From Patescibacteria group bacterium (lineage in GTDB: Bacteria; Patescibacteriota; Minisyncoccia; Minisyncoccales; JAHCRE01), in NCBI GenBank assembly GCA_020148055.1, contig JAHCRF010000003.1:1-52442 (forward strand): a DNA stretch of 52,442 nucleotides, read 5' to 3'. Each line of letters starts with the position of its first letter. Position 1 is the first letter of the stretch. The notes beneath the pieces are model-generated. The model was not told where the DNA came from. It searched no databases and saw nothing but the letters and a program-made list of their open reading frames with translations. Below are positions 8,313 to 16,659 of this stretch, piece by piece. The translations under genes and the position numbers were made by a program.

Positions 8313-9269
8313 CTATCTTGCAAATAGAATCTGAAATAACAGAAAAACGATATAAATTAAGAATAAAAAAACAGCTTCTTTTCTTGAAATAATTTCATGT
8401 GTCCTTGAAAAAATCGTAAAAAATAAAGCCGTAATCATTGTGAAAGTAATACCTATAAGATAAGGGGAAAGATCAACAACTTCAAAAGGACAAATTAAAG
8501 CCACTAATCCTAAGACTAAAGTAGAGTTGATTACTACTGATCCTATGACATCGCCAATAATCATTTCTTTGTAACCCATAGTGATTGATCTTATTCCAAA
8601 AGTTATTTCTGGCAAGGAAGTGCCTAAAGCCACAAATAGTGTGCCAATAGATACTAAAAGTATATCAAGAACTGATGCTAATCTGGAGGCTGAAAAAACA
8701 ATTCCCTCGGCAGAGAGTAAAAGCAGAAAAACTCCTCCAAAAAATATTCCCAAATTCTTTAAAAATATTTTAAATTCAGTCCTGTCTTCTCTAAAAGAAT
8801 TGGAAAGAATTCTGGTAAATCTTTCTTCCTGGGAAAGGAGTTGACGAAAATAAAAAATAAAAACCGATAGCAAGATTAATCCATCTATTCTTGAAAGTCT
8901 TTTATCTAATATTAAAAGAAGGGGTAAAAGAGTAATAATACTGGCATCAAAAGAACTTCTTTGTAAAACCTTCCCTTGAAACCTTAATCCTTTCGCTAAA
9001 AAAGTGCCGATTCCTATGACCAGGGTCAGGGCTATAATGTTGGAACCAATAATAGTACCAAAGGAAAGACTAGGAACTTTGCCAAGAGCTGAGCTAATTC
9101 CAATAAAAATTTCGGGCAGTGAGGTTGCAAATGCCATTAAAACTGCAGTCACTATAAATTCTCGCCATTTTAAAAATTGGGCAATCTTAGTTAAAGCTTG
9201 AACTACCCAGGTTCCAGAACGAACCAAAATTAAACAAGAGATTATAAAAATAAAAATATATAAAATCAT
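8313..9269 (-). CDS. Ca2+/Na+ antiporter, CaCA (YrbG/NCX) family
   Basis: 318-aa polytopic membrane protein with two alpha-repeat signatures (ATSLPEIFIG and GTSLPEITFG). Confidence 0.8.
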   Translation of the reverse strand: MILYIFIFIISCLILVRSGTWVVQALTKIAQFLKWREFIVTAVLMAFATSLPEIFIGISSALGKVPSLSFGTIIGSNIIALTLVIGIGTFLAKGLRFQGKVLQRSSFDASIITLLPLLLILDKRLSRIDGLILLSVFIFYFRQLLSQEERFTRILSNSFREDRTEFKIFLKNLGIFFGGVFLLLLSAEGIVFSASRLASVLDILLVSIGTLFVALGTSLPEITFGIRSITMGYKEMIIGDVIGSVVINSTLVLGLVALICPFEVVDLSPYLIGITFTMITALFFTIFSRTHEIISRKEAVFLFLIYIVFLLFQILFAR

Positions 9270-11899
9270 ACTTCTTTTCTAACTATAAAATGCCATTTGG
9301 TAGCCTCAATTAAAATTATTTCGCTTACTCCTAAAGCCAAAATAATTAGCCAATCACTAATTCTCAAGGGTACTGTCTTTAAAAGAGTTTGAAATACAGG
9401 TAAATAAAGAGCTAAAATGAGCATCAAAAGGCCAATGCCAACAGCACCTACCAGAGGTTTATTTGAGAAGGGATTAATATGCCAAATATTTCTTCTTAAA
9501 CTCTTACAGGAAAAAACATAAAAAAGTGAATCTATTGTCAAACAAGCAAAAATCATTGTCCTAACATAACTAATGTCATGATTTTTTTGCCAGAGCCAGA
9601 AAAATAAGCCCAAAAGTATCAAATCAGTAATAAATCCAATAATAAAAATTATTACCTTCATCTCCTGAGTTAATAAAGGAACATCACGACTCTGGGGTTT
9701 TCTTTTCATTAAATCTTTTTCTTTTGGCTCAAAAGCCAAGGCAATATCGGGTAAACCATCTTCGATTAAATTCACCCACAAAATCTGGACAGCTGTAACA
9801 GGCAAAGGCACTCCAGCCACTATACTGACTCCAACCAAAATTACTTCAGTAAAACTATCAGATAATAAATAAGTTATAACTTTTCTAATATTATCAATAA
9901 TCGCTCTCCCTTCCTCAACTGCTGCCACAATGATATTAAAAGAATCGGGCAGTAAAATTAAATCTGAAACTTCTTTAGCAACATCAGTACCTGAACCCAA
10001 AGCTACTCCGATATCTGCTTTTTTAAGAGCTGGAGCATCGTTGATTCCGTCGCCGGTCATAGCTACCACTTCGCCTTTCTTTTGCCAGGCAGAAATAATT
10101 CTCATTTTGTGTTTTGGTTCAACCCGGGCGTAAATTTGGATTTTATCCAAAATTTTATCAAAGTCCTTGTCGGATATATTATCTAAATCTTTCCCCTCTA
10201 AAATGTTTTCCTCTTTAATTTTAAATCCTAATTCCTCAGCCACTGCTTTAGCTGTTAATTTATGATCGCCAGTAACAATAATAGGTTTCATTCCTGCTTG
10301 TCTGCAAACTTTCATTGCTTCTTTTACTTCTTTTCGAATTGGATCTTTTAGGGTAATAAAGCCGACAAAAATAAGATTATTTACTTCCTCTTCTAAACTT
10401 TTGACTTTTGACTTTTGACTTTTGACTTTTTTGTAAGCTGAAGCTACAACTCTTAATCCCTTTCTAGTTAATTCCTCTAATTTTTTTTCTAATCTTGCTT
10501 TTTCTTCTTTTAGGGCACAGATATCCAAAATTCTCTCTGGGGCACCACAAGCATAGAGAAAATTTTGACCCTTTTCGTCGTACAAAGCAACAGCAAATTT
10601 ATTTATTGGATTAAAAGGAATTTCAGCAATTTTTTTTCTTTCGAACTCTTTTTTTCTATCAACCCCCACACCAAAAATTTGGTGGTGGGGGTCAATCCCT
10701 GCTTCCATTCCCGCTTCCAATAGTGCTTTATCAGTTGGTCTTCCTCTCAAAATCCATTTTTCTTTTGGAGCTTGTGGATTTTCGATAAAGGCTTCAGATG
10801 TTAAAGTGGCAGCTTTTAGAGCTAAAAATTTATCTCCTATTACCTTACTTACTTTCATTTTTCCCTCAGTTAAAGTAGCAGTCTTATCTGTCGCAATCAC
10901 TGAAGTGCTACCTAAAGTTTCAGCAGCTACTAATTTTCTAACTAATCCTTTTCTTTTTAAAATTCTCTGCATTCCTAGGGCTAAAATCACGGTCATTGCT
11001 ACTGGCAACCCCTCAGGGATAGCAGCTACTGCTACTGCTACCGATGTTTCAAACATCTCCACAAATCTCTCTACTGTAATCCTGCCCTCTACTCTATATC
11101 CAGTGATTATCCCTTCAATAAAAATTCCAAAACAAATTATGGCAATAATTATTCCAACAATTTTTGAAAAACGGGCTAACTTTTTCTGATAAGGTGTTTT
11201 TTCTTCTCTTGTTTCCTTTAGCATTAGGGCTACTTTTCCCATCTCAGTTTTCAATCCGGTTTCAGTAACCATTGCTTTTGCCTTTCCATCTTCTACAATA
11301 GTGCCCATATAGACTAGATTGTCTCGATCGGCCATTGAGGTCTCTTTTGGTAAAACATCTGAATGTTTTTTAGCTGGCAGCCACTCACCAGTTAAAGCCA
11401 TTTCATTTGTTTTTAAATTCAAACTTTCAATAATTCTCCCATCAGCTGGAACTTTGTCTCCTGCGGCCAATGTAAAAATATCTCCGGGGACAAGATCTTG
11501 AGAACCTATAATTTTAGGATTTCCTTCTCTGATTACTTTAGCTTCTATTTCAACCACTTTTTTAAGTTTTCGCAAAGCTTGAGAAGCTTTATTTTCTTGA
11601 AAAAAACCAACGATCGTATTCAAAATCACTGCTCCAAAAATAACAATACTATCTGTGTATTTCCTAAAAAATAAAGTTACAATACTAGCAATCACTAAAA
11701 TATAAATCAAGGGGCTTCTAAATTGCTCAAAAAATATTTCTAATTTTGATAAAGGTTTTTCTTTGGGAAGTAAATTTTTGCCAAATTTTTCCTGTTTTTT
11801 CTTAATTTCTTTTTTCGATAAACCTTGTTCAGAATCTGAATTTAATTTTTTTACAACTTCCTGCCAAGATAAATTGTGCCAACTAATAGTTTGGTTCAT
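9266..11899 (-). CDS. Cation-transporting P-type ATPase (P2, Ca2+/Mg2+-type)
   Basis: 877 aa. Cation_ATPase_N-like start, TGE motif (LTGEW), phosphorylation motif read as DKTATLT (10888-10874), TGDHK, and the MTGDGINDAPALKKADIGVA hinge. The stop overlaps the start of the CaCA gene. Confidence 0.9.
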   Translation of the reverse strand: MNQTISWHNLSWQEVVKKLNSDSEQGLSKKEIKKKQEKFGKNLLPKEKPLSKLEIFFEQFRSPLIYILVIASIVTLFFRKYTDSIVIFGAVILNTIVGFFQENKASQALRKLKKVVEIEAKVIREGNPKIIGSQDLVPGDIFTLAAGDKVPADGRIIESLNLKTNEMALTGEWLPAKKHSDVLPKETSMADRDNLVYMGTIVEDGKAKAMVTETGLKTEMGKVALMLKETREEKTPYQKKLARFSKIVGIIIAIICFGIFIEGIITGYRVEGRITVERFVEMFETSVAVAVAAIPEGLPVAMTVILALGMQRILKRKGLVRKLVAAETLGSTSVIATDKTATLTEGKMKVSKVIGDKFLALKAATLTSEAFIENPQAPKEKWILRGRPTDKALLEAGMEAGIDPHHQIFGVGVDRKKEFERKKIAEIPFNPINKFAVALYDEKGQNFLYACGAPERILDICALKEEKARLEKKLEELTRKGLRVVASAYKKVKSQKSKVKSLEEEVNNLIFVGFITLKDPIRKEVKEAMKVCRQAGMKPIIVTGDHKLTAKAVAEELGFKIKEENILEGKDLDNISDKDFDKILDKIQIYARVEPKHKMRIISAWQKKGEVVAMTGDGINDAPALKKADIGVALGSGTDVAKEVSDLILLPDSFNIIVAAVEEGRAIIDNIRKVITYLLSDSFTEVILVGVSIVAGVPLPVTAVQILWVNLIEDGLPDIALAFEPKEKDLMKRKPQSRDVPLLTQEMKVIIFIIGFITDLILLGLFFWLWQKNHDISYVRTMIFACLTIDSLFYVFSCKSLRRNIWHINPFSNKPLVGAVGIGLLMLILALYLPVFQTLLKTVPLRISDWLIILALGVSEIILIEATKWHFIVRKEV
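10397..10430. repeat. Heptamer tandem repeat (acttttg x4 plus a partial copy) inside the ATPase CDS
   Basis: acttttg at 10397, 10404, 10411 and 10418, then actttttt. It encodes KKVKSQKSKVKS in a cytoplasmic-domain linker. Confidence 0.8.
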
Positions 11900-12591
11900 T
11901 TTTCCAAATAAACAATTTCTCCTTTAAAGGAATCTTTAGTTATTTTTAAGAGACAAATTGAGGCTTTAGAAAAAAGAGGGACAGTTGGAGAACCTGGGTT
12001 AATCAATAAAATTTTTTTTCCTTCAAAATTTAATTCTTTCAAAAGAGCTACATGAGTATGCCCAAATATCAAAATATCGAGATTTTGCTTTTTAACCAAT
12101 TCTTTAGCCACCTTTTCTTGTATCCAGTTAAAATGAGAACCTAACCAAAAGGGAAACGGACTATGAACTATTCCGATTTTCCAACCATAAATTTTAAGCA
12201 ATAATCCCTCCGGTAATTTTTCTTTGACCTCAATGGAATCTGTATTTCCCTCGACAGCAAAAATCGGAACTTGTGTGGGAACAGCGGGCACTTTTTCCAA
12301 TTCTCTTAGAGTTTCCAAATGTTCAATATCGCCGGCGTGAATTATTAAATCAACTCCTTTAAAAATTTCTTTAATTTCTTCTGGCAAAATCTTTGCCCTA
12401 CTTGGAACATGGGTGTCTGATATTATCCCGATTAAAAATTCTCCCTTTTCTGTTTCAAACTGCTGAATTTCAAAGTTTTCTGGAATCTTTGGCATAATAG
12501 TATTTTTATAAATTAAAAAGCTTCCAAATGCTAATACTATGAGAGCAATTAAAATTCCGAAAGTTATCTTCTGGAAAAAGTTCCAAGCCAT
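11896..12591 (-). CDS. Membrane-anchored metallophosphoesterase (YfcE/MJ0936-like)
   Basis: 231 aa. N-terminal TM helix, then the SDTHVP, HAGDI, GNTD and GHTH calcineurin-like motifs. The stop overlaps the ATPase start. Confidence 0.8.
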   Translation of the reverse strand: MAWNFFQKITFGILIALIVLAFGSFLIYKNTIMPKIPENFEIQQFETEKGEFLIGIISDTHVPSRAKILPEEIKEIFKGVDLIIHAGDIEHLETLRELEKVPAVPTQVPIFAVEGNTDSIEVKEKLPEGLLLKIYGWKIGIVHSPFPFWLGSHFNWIQEKVAKELVKKQNLDILIFGHTHVALLKELNFEGKKILLINPGSPTVPLFSKASICLLKITKDSFKGEIVYLEK

Positions 12592-12677
12592 TGTTTTATT
12601 TTAACAAAAATTTTTTATAGTGTATAATAAGAAAATAATCAATTAAAATCAGGTATTGATGAATTATTAACCGCCAA

Positions 12678-13274
12678 ATGGCTGTTAAAAATTTTTCAGT
12701 GCTGAAGAACTCTATGCTTATTGAATTAGCAGAAAAACTAAGAGAAGCAGTGGTAGGAATAATCAGGACTACAGGCAAAATAACTGAAGAGGTAATTGGT
12801 GTAGTAAAAACTACCTTAAGGAGCGCTTTAGAAGGTGTGGAAGATGTGGGAGGAAAGAGTTTTGAAATTGGAACTAGTGCTATCAAGGGGGGAATTAAGG
12901 GTATCTCTGAAGTAGGGGTCACTTTGGTCGAGGCTGCTCATGATCTGGTAAAAGGTGTGGTTGAAGGAGTAGTAGGTGCGGGTGGAGATGTAGTAGGAAC
13001 GGCAAAAGGGGCAATTGAGGGCTCTATTAAAGGAGCGGCTGAATTGGGTGAAAATGTAGCCGAAGTAGCATTGAAAGCTGTCCAGGGAGTAATTGATGGA
13101 ACAAAAACAGTGGGAGGAGATGTGGCTGGTGTGACAAAAGAAGCTGTCCTGGAGGCAATAAAGGCAGCAGAAGAAATCAGTAGTGAAACAGGTGTAGCTG
13201 TTAAAGATGCTTTAAAAGGAGCAATTGAAGGAGCAAAGGAGATAATTGAAGCACCCTTTAAAAAGGAAGAATAA
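12678..13274 (+). CDS. Gly/Ala/Val-rich protein with 11-residue periodic repeats, function unknown
   Basis: 198 aa with ATG start, locally GC-richer than its flanks, followed by a strong terminator. Repeats such as AIKGGIKGISE / LVKGVVEGVVG / AIEGSIKGAAE / AVQGVIDGTKT / ALKGAIEGAKE. Confidence 0.6.
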   Translation: MAVKNFSVLKNSMLIELAEKLREAVVGIIRTTGKITEEVIGVVKTTLRSALEGVEDVGGKSFEIGTSAIKGGIKGISEVGVTLVEAAHDLVKGVVEGVVGAGGDVVGTAKGAIEGSIKGAAELGENVAEVALKAVQGVIDGTKTVGGDVAGVTKEAVLEAIKAAEEISSETGVAVKDALKGAIEGAKEIIEAPFKKEE

Positions 13275-13296
13275 CTCTGGTAGGGTTTGGAAATAA

Positions 13297-13325
13297 AGCA
13301 CGGGGTCTAACCCCGTGCTTTTTTG
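13297..13325 (+). terminator. Intrinsic terminator
   Basis: agcacgggg (13297-13305) / ccccgtgct (13311-13319), loop tctaa, then tttttt. Confidence 0.75.
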
Positions 13326-13398
13326 TGGCCCCAACCGGATTTGAACCGGTGTTACCACTGTGAGAGAGTGGCGTCCTTAGCCACTAGACGATGGGGCC
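13326..13398 (-). tRNA. tRNA-Glu (anticodon CUC)
   Basis: Minus strand GGCCCCATCGTCTAGTGGCTAAGGACGCCACTCTCTCACAGTGGTAACACCGGTTCAAATCCGGTTGGGGCCA folds as a 73-nt cloverleaf: 7-bp acceptor, anticodon loop CUCUCAC, T-loop TTCAAAT. No encoded CCA. Confidence 0.9.
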
Positions 13399-13460
13399 AT
13401 AGTCGTCTCAGTCTCAAAGGACTCTTTATCTAATCTATCATAAAATTTAAGTTTCGTCTA

Positions 13461-14540
13461 TTAAAGTGCTTTGATTTCTTCGACTATTTTTTCCATTTTC
13501 ATTTCGGTTGAGCCATCGACTAAAATTAAATCCTCTTCTTTGAGTTCACCTTGAATAGCAATTCCGGCCTCTTCTATTTTATCGAATTGAAAAATTTTTT
13601 CTTTTGGCATTCCTTTCACAATTGCTCCTTTAGCAATAAATTTTGCTCTTGAACCAACAGTAAAAAGTAAATCGGCGTTTTTTGTTACCTTTTCTCCAAT
13701 TGACTCATGAGCCTCAATAGTGTATTTTCCAATTCCCAAGATATCTCCCAAGACTGCAATTTTTCTCCCATCAATTGCAATTTTTCCTAAAATTTCCAGG
13801 GCTTCGACCATCGAAAAAACTGAAGCCGATTCAGAATCATCCAAAATCAGAGAATTTTTTACTCCCTTGACTAACCTCATTTTTCCAGGAAGGGATTTAT
13901 AAAATTTTAAGGTTTGGGAAATCTCAACTAAATTAAGATTTAAACTAATTCCTACTGAAATAGCACTCAAGGCACTATAAATCTGCTCTTTCCCAAAAAG
14001 ATAGTCCAGCCAAACAGGGACAATATTCCTCTGGTAATTTAATTTAAAATTTGTTCCGGTATTTAATTTAATGTCGGTAGCCTGAAAATCAGCCTCCTCC
14101 TGAAAACCAAAAGTTAAAGTTTTTAAATTAGTTAAATCTTTTATTTCTCTAATAGTCTCATCATCGAAATTTAAAATTAAATTGCTCCTTTCAGGTAAAA
14201 TTTTTGCTAATTTTAAAATTCCTTTGACATCTTCTTTTTCTCCAGCAAAAAAATCCCGGTCAGGAGGAATTTCACCGATATGAGTTGCTACTAAAATTGG
14301 TGATTTTGACTTTTCAACAAAAAATTTAAAAGTTTTAGTTTTCTTTATTTCTGATTCCAAAATCAAAATCTCATTTCTCAAAATACTTTTCAAGTCAATT
14401 TTTTCAATCTTTGCTACTTTAAAATATTTTTCCAGAACTCGAAAAATAGCTTCGGTCGCACAAAAGCGTCCTCTACCTACAACAATAATAATTCGAGGCC
14501 TTTTTAAAAAGAAGATGAGTTTTGTTAAAAGATTCAGCAT
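13461..14540 (-). CDS. Mur ligase family protein, MurF-like, with a degenerate P-loop
   Basis: 359 aa in the dcw-cluster position. MurF-like C-terminal half (LILDDSESAS, IAVLGDILGIG, HESIG, LVDGS). The usual GxxGKT/S site reads VVGRGRFCAT, and the N-terminal domain is short or absent. Confidence 0.65.
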   Translation of the reverse strand: MLNLLTKLIFFLKRPRIIIVVGRGRFCATEAIFRVLEKYFKVAKIEKIDLKSILRNEILILESEIKKTKTFKFFVEKSKSPILVATHIGEIPPDRDFFAGEKEDVKGILKLAKILPERSNLILNFDDETIREIKDLTNLKTLTFGFQEEADFQATDIKLNTGTNFKLNYQRNIVPVWLDYLFGKEQIYSALSAISVGISLNLNLVEISQTLKFYKSLPGKMRLVKGVKNSLILDDSESASVFSMVEALEILGKIAIDGRKIAVLGDILGIGKYTIEAHESIGEKVTKNADLLFTVGSRAKFIAKGAIVKGMPKEKIFQFDKIEEAGIAIQGELKEEDLILVDGSTEMKMEKIVEEIKAL

Positions 14541-14566
14541 GTCCTTAATTCATAATTCACAATTCA

Positions 14567-16312
14567 TCATTCATAATCGGGTGGTATTTGCCAGTAATCA
14601 ATAATATATTTTGCTAGTTCTCTAAAAATGGGGACAGCCGAATATTCAGCTGTTTTAGTATTGGGATTGTCGAGTTTTATCAAAATCAAAAATTGAGGAT
14701 AAGCTGGGGCAAATCCGACAAAAGTCTGAATTGTTTTTTCAGAGTAATCTCTTTTTTCAATCCCTAAGGCAGAAAACGGAATCTGGGCAGTTCCAGTTTT
14801 GCCGGCTATAAAATATCCTGGAATTTTAGCTGCTGTAGCAAAACCATTCTCGACTACACTGACCAACATTGCGGTTAATTGAGAGGAAGTCCTTCGTGAA
14901 ATAATAAAGTTTTCTGAAATTTCTGGATTAATCTCAATTTCTTTGCCACCCTCGATGATTTTTTCCACTAAATAAGGCTTAACCAATTTCCCACCATTGG
15001 CAATTGCACAAAAAGCCCTGACCAATTGAATAGGAGTTATGGCAATTCCTTGACCAAAAGAGGCAGTAGCGAAATTTATTTCATATCCTTTTTTAAATTC
15101 TAAATTTTCAGAAAAAACTTCCTCCTGTAAATCAATACCGGTCTTTTCAAAAAAGTTAAACTTTTCGAGATATTCTAAAAAAATTTTCGATCCAATCTGC
15201 TGCTGAACAAAGACTGCCCCGGTATTGATTGATTTTTCCAAGACCTCAGTCATTGTTTGTTCTCCATGCACTTTTTCACCATAATTATAGATAGGCCAAC
15301 CTCTGATTTCTACTATTCCTCTATCAATATAAGTGGTTTGGGGAGTAATTTTCTCTTGATCAAGAGCAGCAGCCATAGTAATAGGTTTAAAAACTGAACC
15401 CGGTTCAAACATTTTCTGAATTGCTGAATTTTGAAAAATTTCCATCTCAGCTTCCTCCTCAGCTTCTTCAAAATAGCAATTAGGATTGAAATTAGGAAAA
15501 TCGGCTAAGGCCAAAATTTTTCCTGAATGAGGGTCTGCTACAATAATTTGACCTTCCTCAATTTCAAATTGTTCTTTAGCCTGAACCAATAATTTTTCAG
15601 CTAAAAATTGAATATTGTAATCAATACTCAATAAAATATCAGCTCCTTTTTGAACTGGCGATAAATTTTCTGAATTCAAAAAAATCAAGGCTCCACCCAA
15701 ACCTCTTTTTCCTTCTAAAAATCCTTCCTCAGTTGTCAAAATCTCATCATAGAAACCTTCTATGCCATATTGACCCTTTCCTTCACCTCCTAAAAATCCA
15801 ATTACCTGAGAAAGGAAGCGCTCTTGAGGATAATATCTCAAAATCTCCTCTTTTAAGTAGATGCCAGCTAAATTTAATTTTTTAAAATTTTCAATTTCCT
15901 CTTCGGTTAATTTATGTTTAAGAACGGTAAAAAGACTCTCAGTATTTTTAATTTTTTCCAAAATTTCATCCTTATCTAAATTAAAAAGAGCTCCCAATTT
16001 CTCAGCAACCTCTTCTTTATTTTTGATTTCTCTTGGAGAACCGTAACAAAACTGCCAAGTTTTATTAATCGCTAAAGGAAATAAATCTCTTCTATCTTTT
16101 AAAAAAACTTTTCCCCTTTTTCCTTGAACCTGAACTAAAAGCTGTTGCTGCCCCTGAGCTAAGGCTTTATAAAGCTGCCGATTAAGAATTTGAAGATAAA
16201 TTAAGCGACCAATAATCGCCGCTCCGAATAAAAAGAGAAAGATTAAGATTAAATTTACCCGCCAAAATTTTGGTCCACAAAACTTAGGTGAGCTAATCCT
16301 GCAATTTTTCAT
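14567..16312 (-). CDS. ftsI: Peptidoglycan D,D-transpeptidase FtsI / class B PBP
   Basis: 581 aa. N-terminal TM helix, SVFK (SxxK), SIN (SxN) and KTGTA (KTG) motifs, in dcw context. Confidence 0.9.
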   Translation of the reverse strand: MKNCRISSPKFCGPKFWRVNLILIFLFLFGAAIIGRLIYLQILNRQLYKALAQGQQQLLVQVQGKRGKVFLKDRRDLFPLAINKTWQFCYGSPREIKNKEEVAEKLGALFNLDKDEILEKIKNTESLFTVLKHKLTEEEIENFKKLNLAGIYLKEEILRYYPQERFLSQVIGFLGGEGKGQYGIEGFYDEILTTEEGFLEGKRGLGGALIFLNSENLSPVQKGADILLSIDYNIQFLAEKLLVQAKEQFEIEEGQIIVADPHSGKILALADFPNFNPNCYFEEAEEEAEMEIFQNSAIQKMFEPGSVFKPITMAAALDQEKITPQTTYIDRGIVEIRGWPIYNYGEKVHGEQTMTEVLEKSINTGAVFVQQQIGSKIFLEYLEKFNFFEKTGIDLQEEVFSENLEFKKGYEINFATASFGQGIAITPIQLVRAFCAIANGGKLVKPYLVEKIIEGGKEIEINPEISENFIISRRTSSQLTAMLVSVVENGFATAAKIPGYFIAGKTGTAQIPFSALGIEKRDYSEKTIQTFVGFAPAYPQFLILIKLDNPNTKTAEYSAVPIFRELAKYIIDYWQIPPDYE

Positions 16313-16659
16313 TATTCTTTTACGATTTGGCTTTCTAAAATCTTGATATAATGAATTTTATCTACTTTCTCAAAATTAAATTCCTTAATTAGAGTTTCAA
16401 TATTTGCTAGAGAATTTAGCTCGGCCAATTGGATTTCTAAATTTTCGTTTTCAACCGAGAACTCATTTATTTTTTTCTGAGAATTTTGAATTTTATAAGT
16501 TTCAGAGGTTAAAGCATTGAACTGGAAAATATAAAAAGCTAAGAGCGTTATTATTAAAATAAGAAATAAAACCCAAAAAACTTTTAAATTAAATCTTAGT
16601 TTTAAAGGAAGAGCGCGAATAAGTGATATGGGAAAATTTAAAATAGAACTATTATTCAT
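16312..16659 (-). CDS. ftsL: Cell division protein FtsL-like
   Basis: 115 aa with a single TM helix followed by a coiled coil. It lies between rsmH and ftsI and overlaps both neighbours. Confidence 0.55.
   Translation of the reverse strand: MNNSSILNFPISLIRALPLKLRFNLKVFWVLFLILIITLLAFYIFQFNALTSETYKIQNSQKKINEFSVENENLEIQLAELNSLANIETLIKEFNFEKVDKIHYIKILESQIVKE

Noticed and set aside
10806-11189. A 127-aa plus-strand ORF, together with similar antisense ORFs at 33963-34412, 37422-37781 and 50647-51060.
   Set aside because: All lie entirely antisense within strongly supported CDSs (P-type ATPase, 662-aa protein, thiolase, ABC permease). They are typical long shadows in an AT-rich genome.
12596-12922. 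A 108-aa minus-strand ORF.
   Set aside because: It lies antisense to the repeat-rich Gly/Ala/Val gene. It is a compositional shadow (Pro/Thr/Ser-rich translation of the complementary codons) with no start signals.
14541-14580. Reiterated AATTCA(T/C) motifs between ftsI and the MurF-like gene.
   Set aside because: This is a short AT-rich spacer partly inside the ftsI 3' end. It has no symmetry or conservation elsewhere in the window and is probably chance low complexity.
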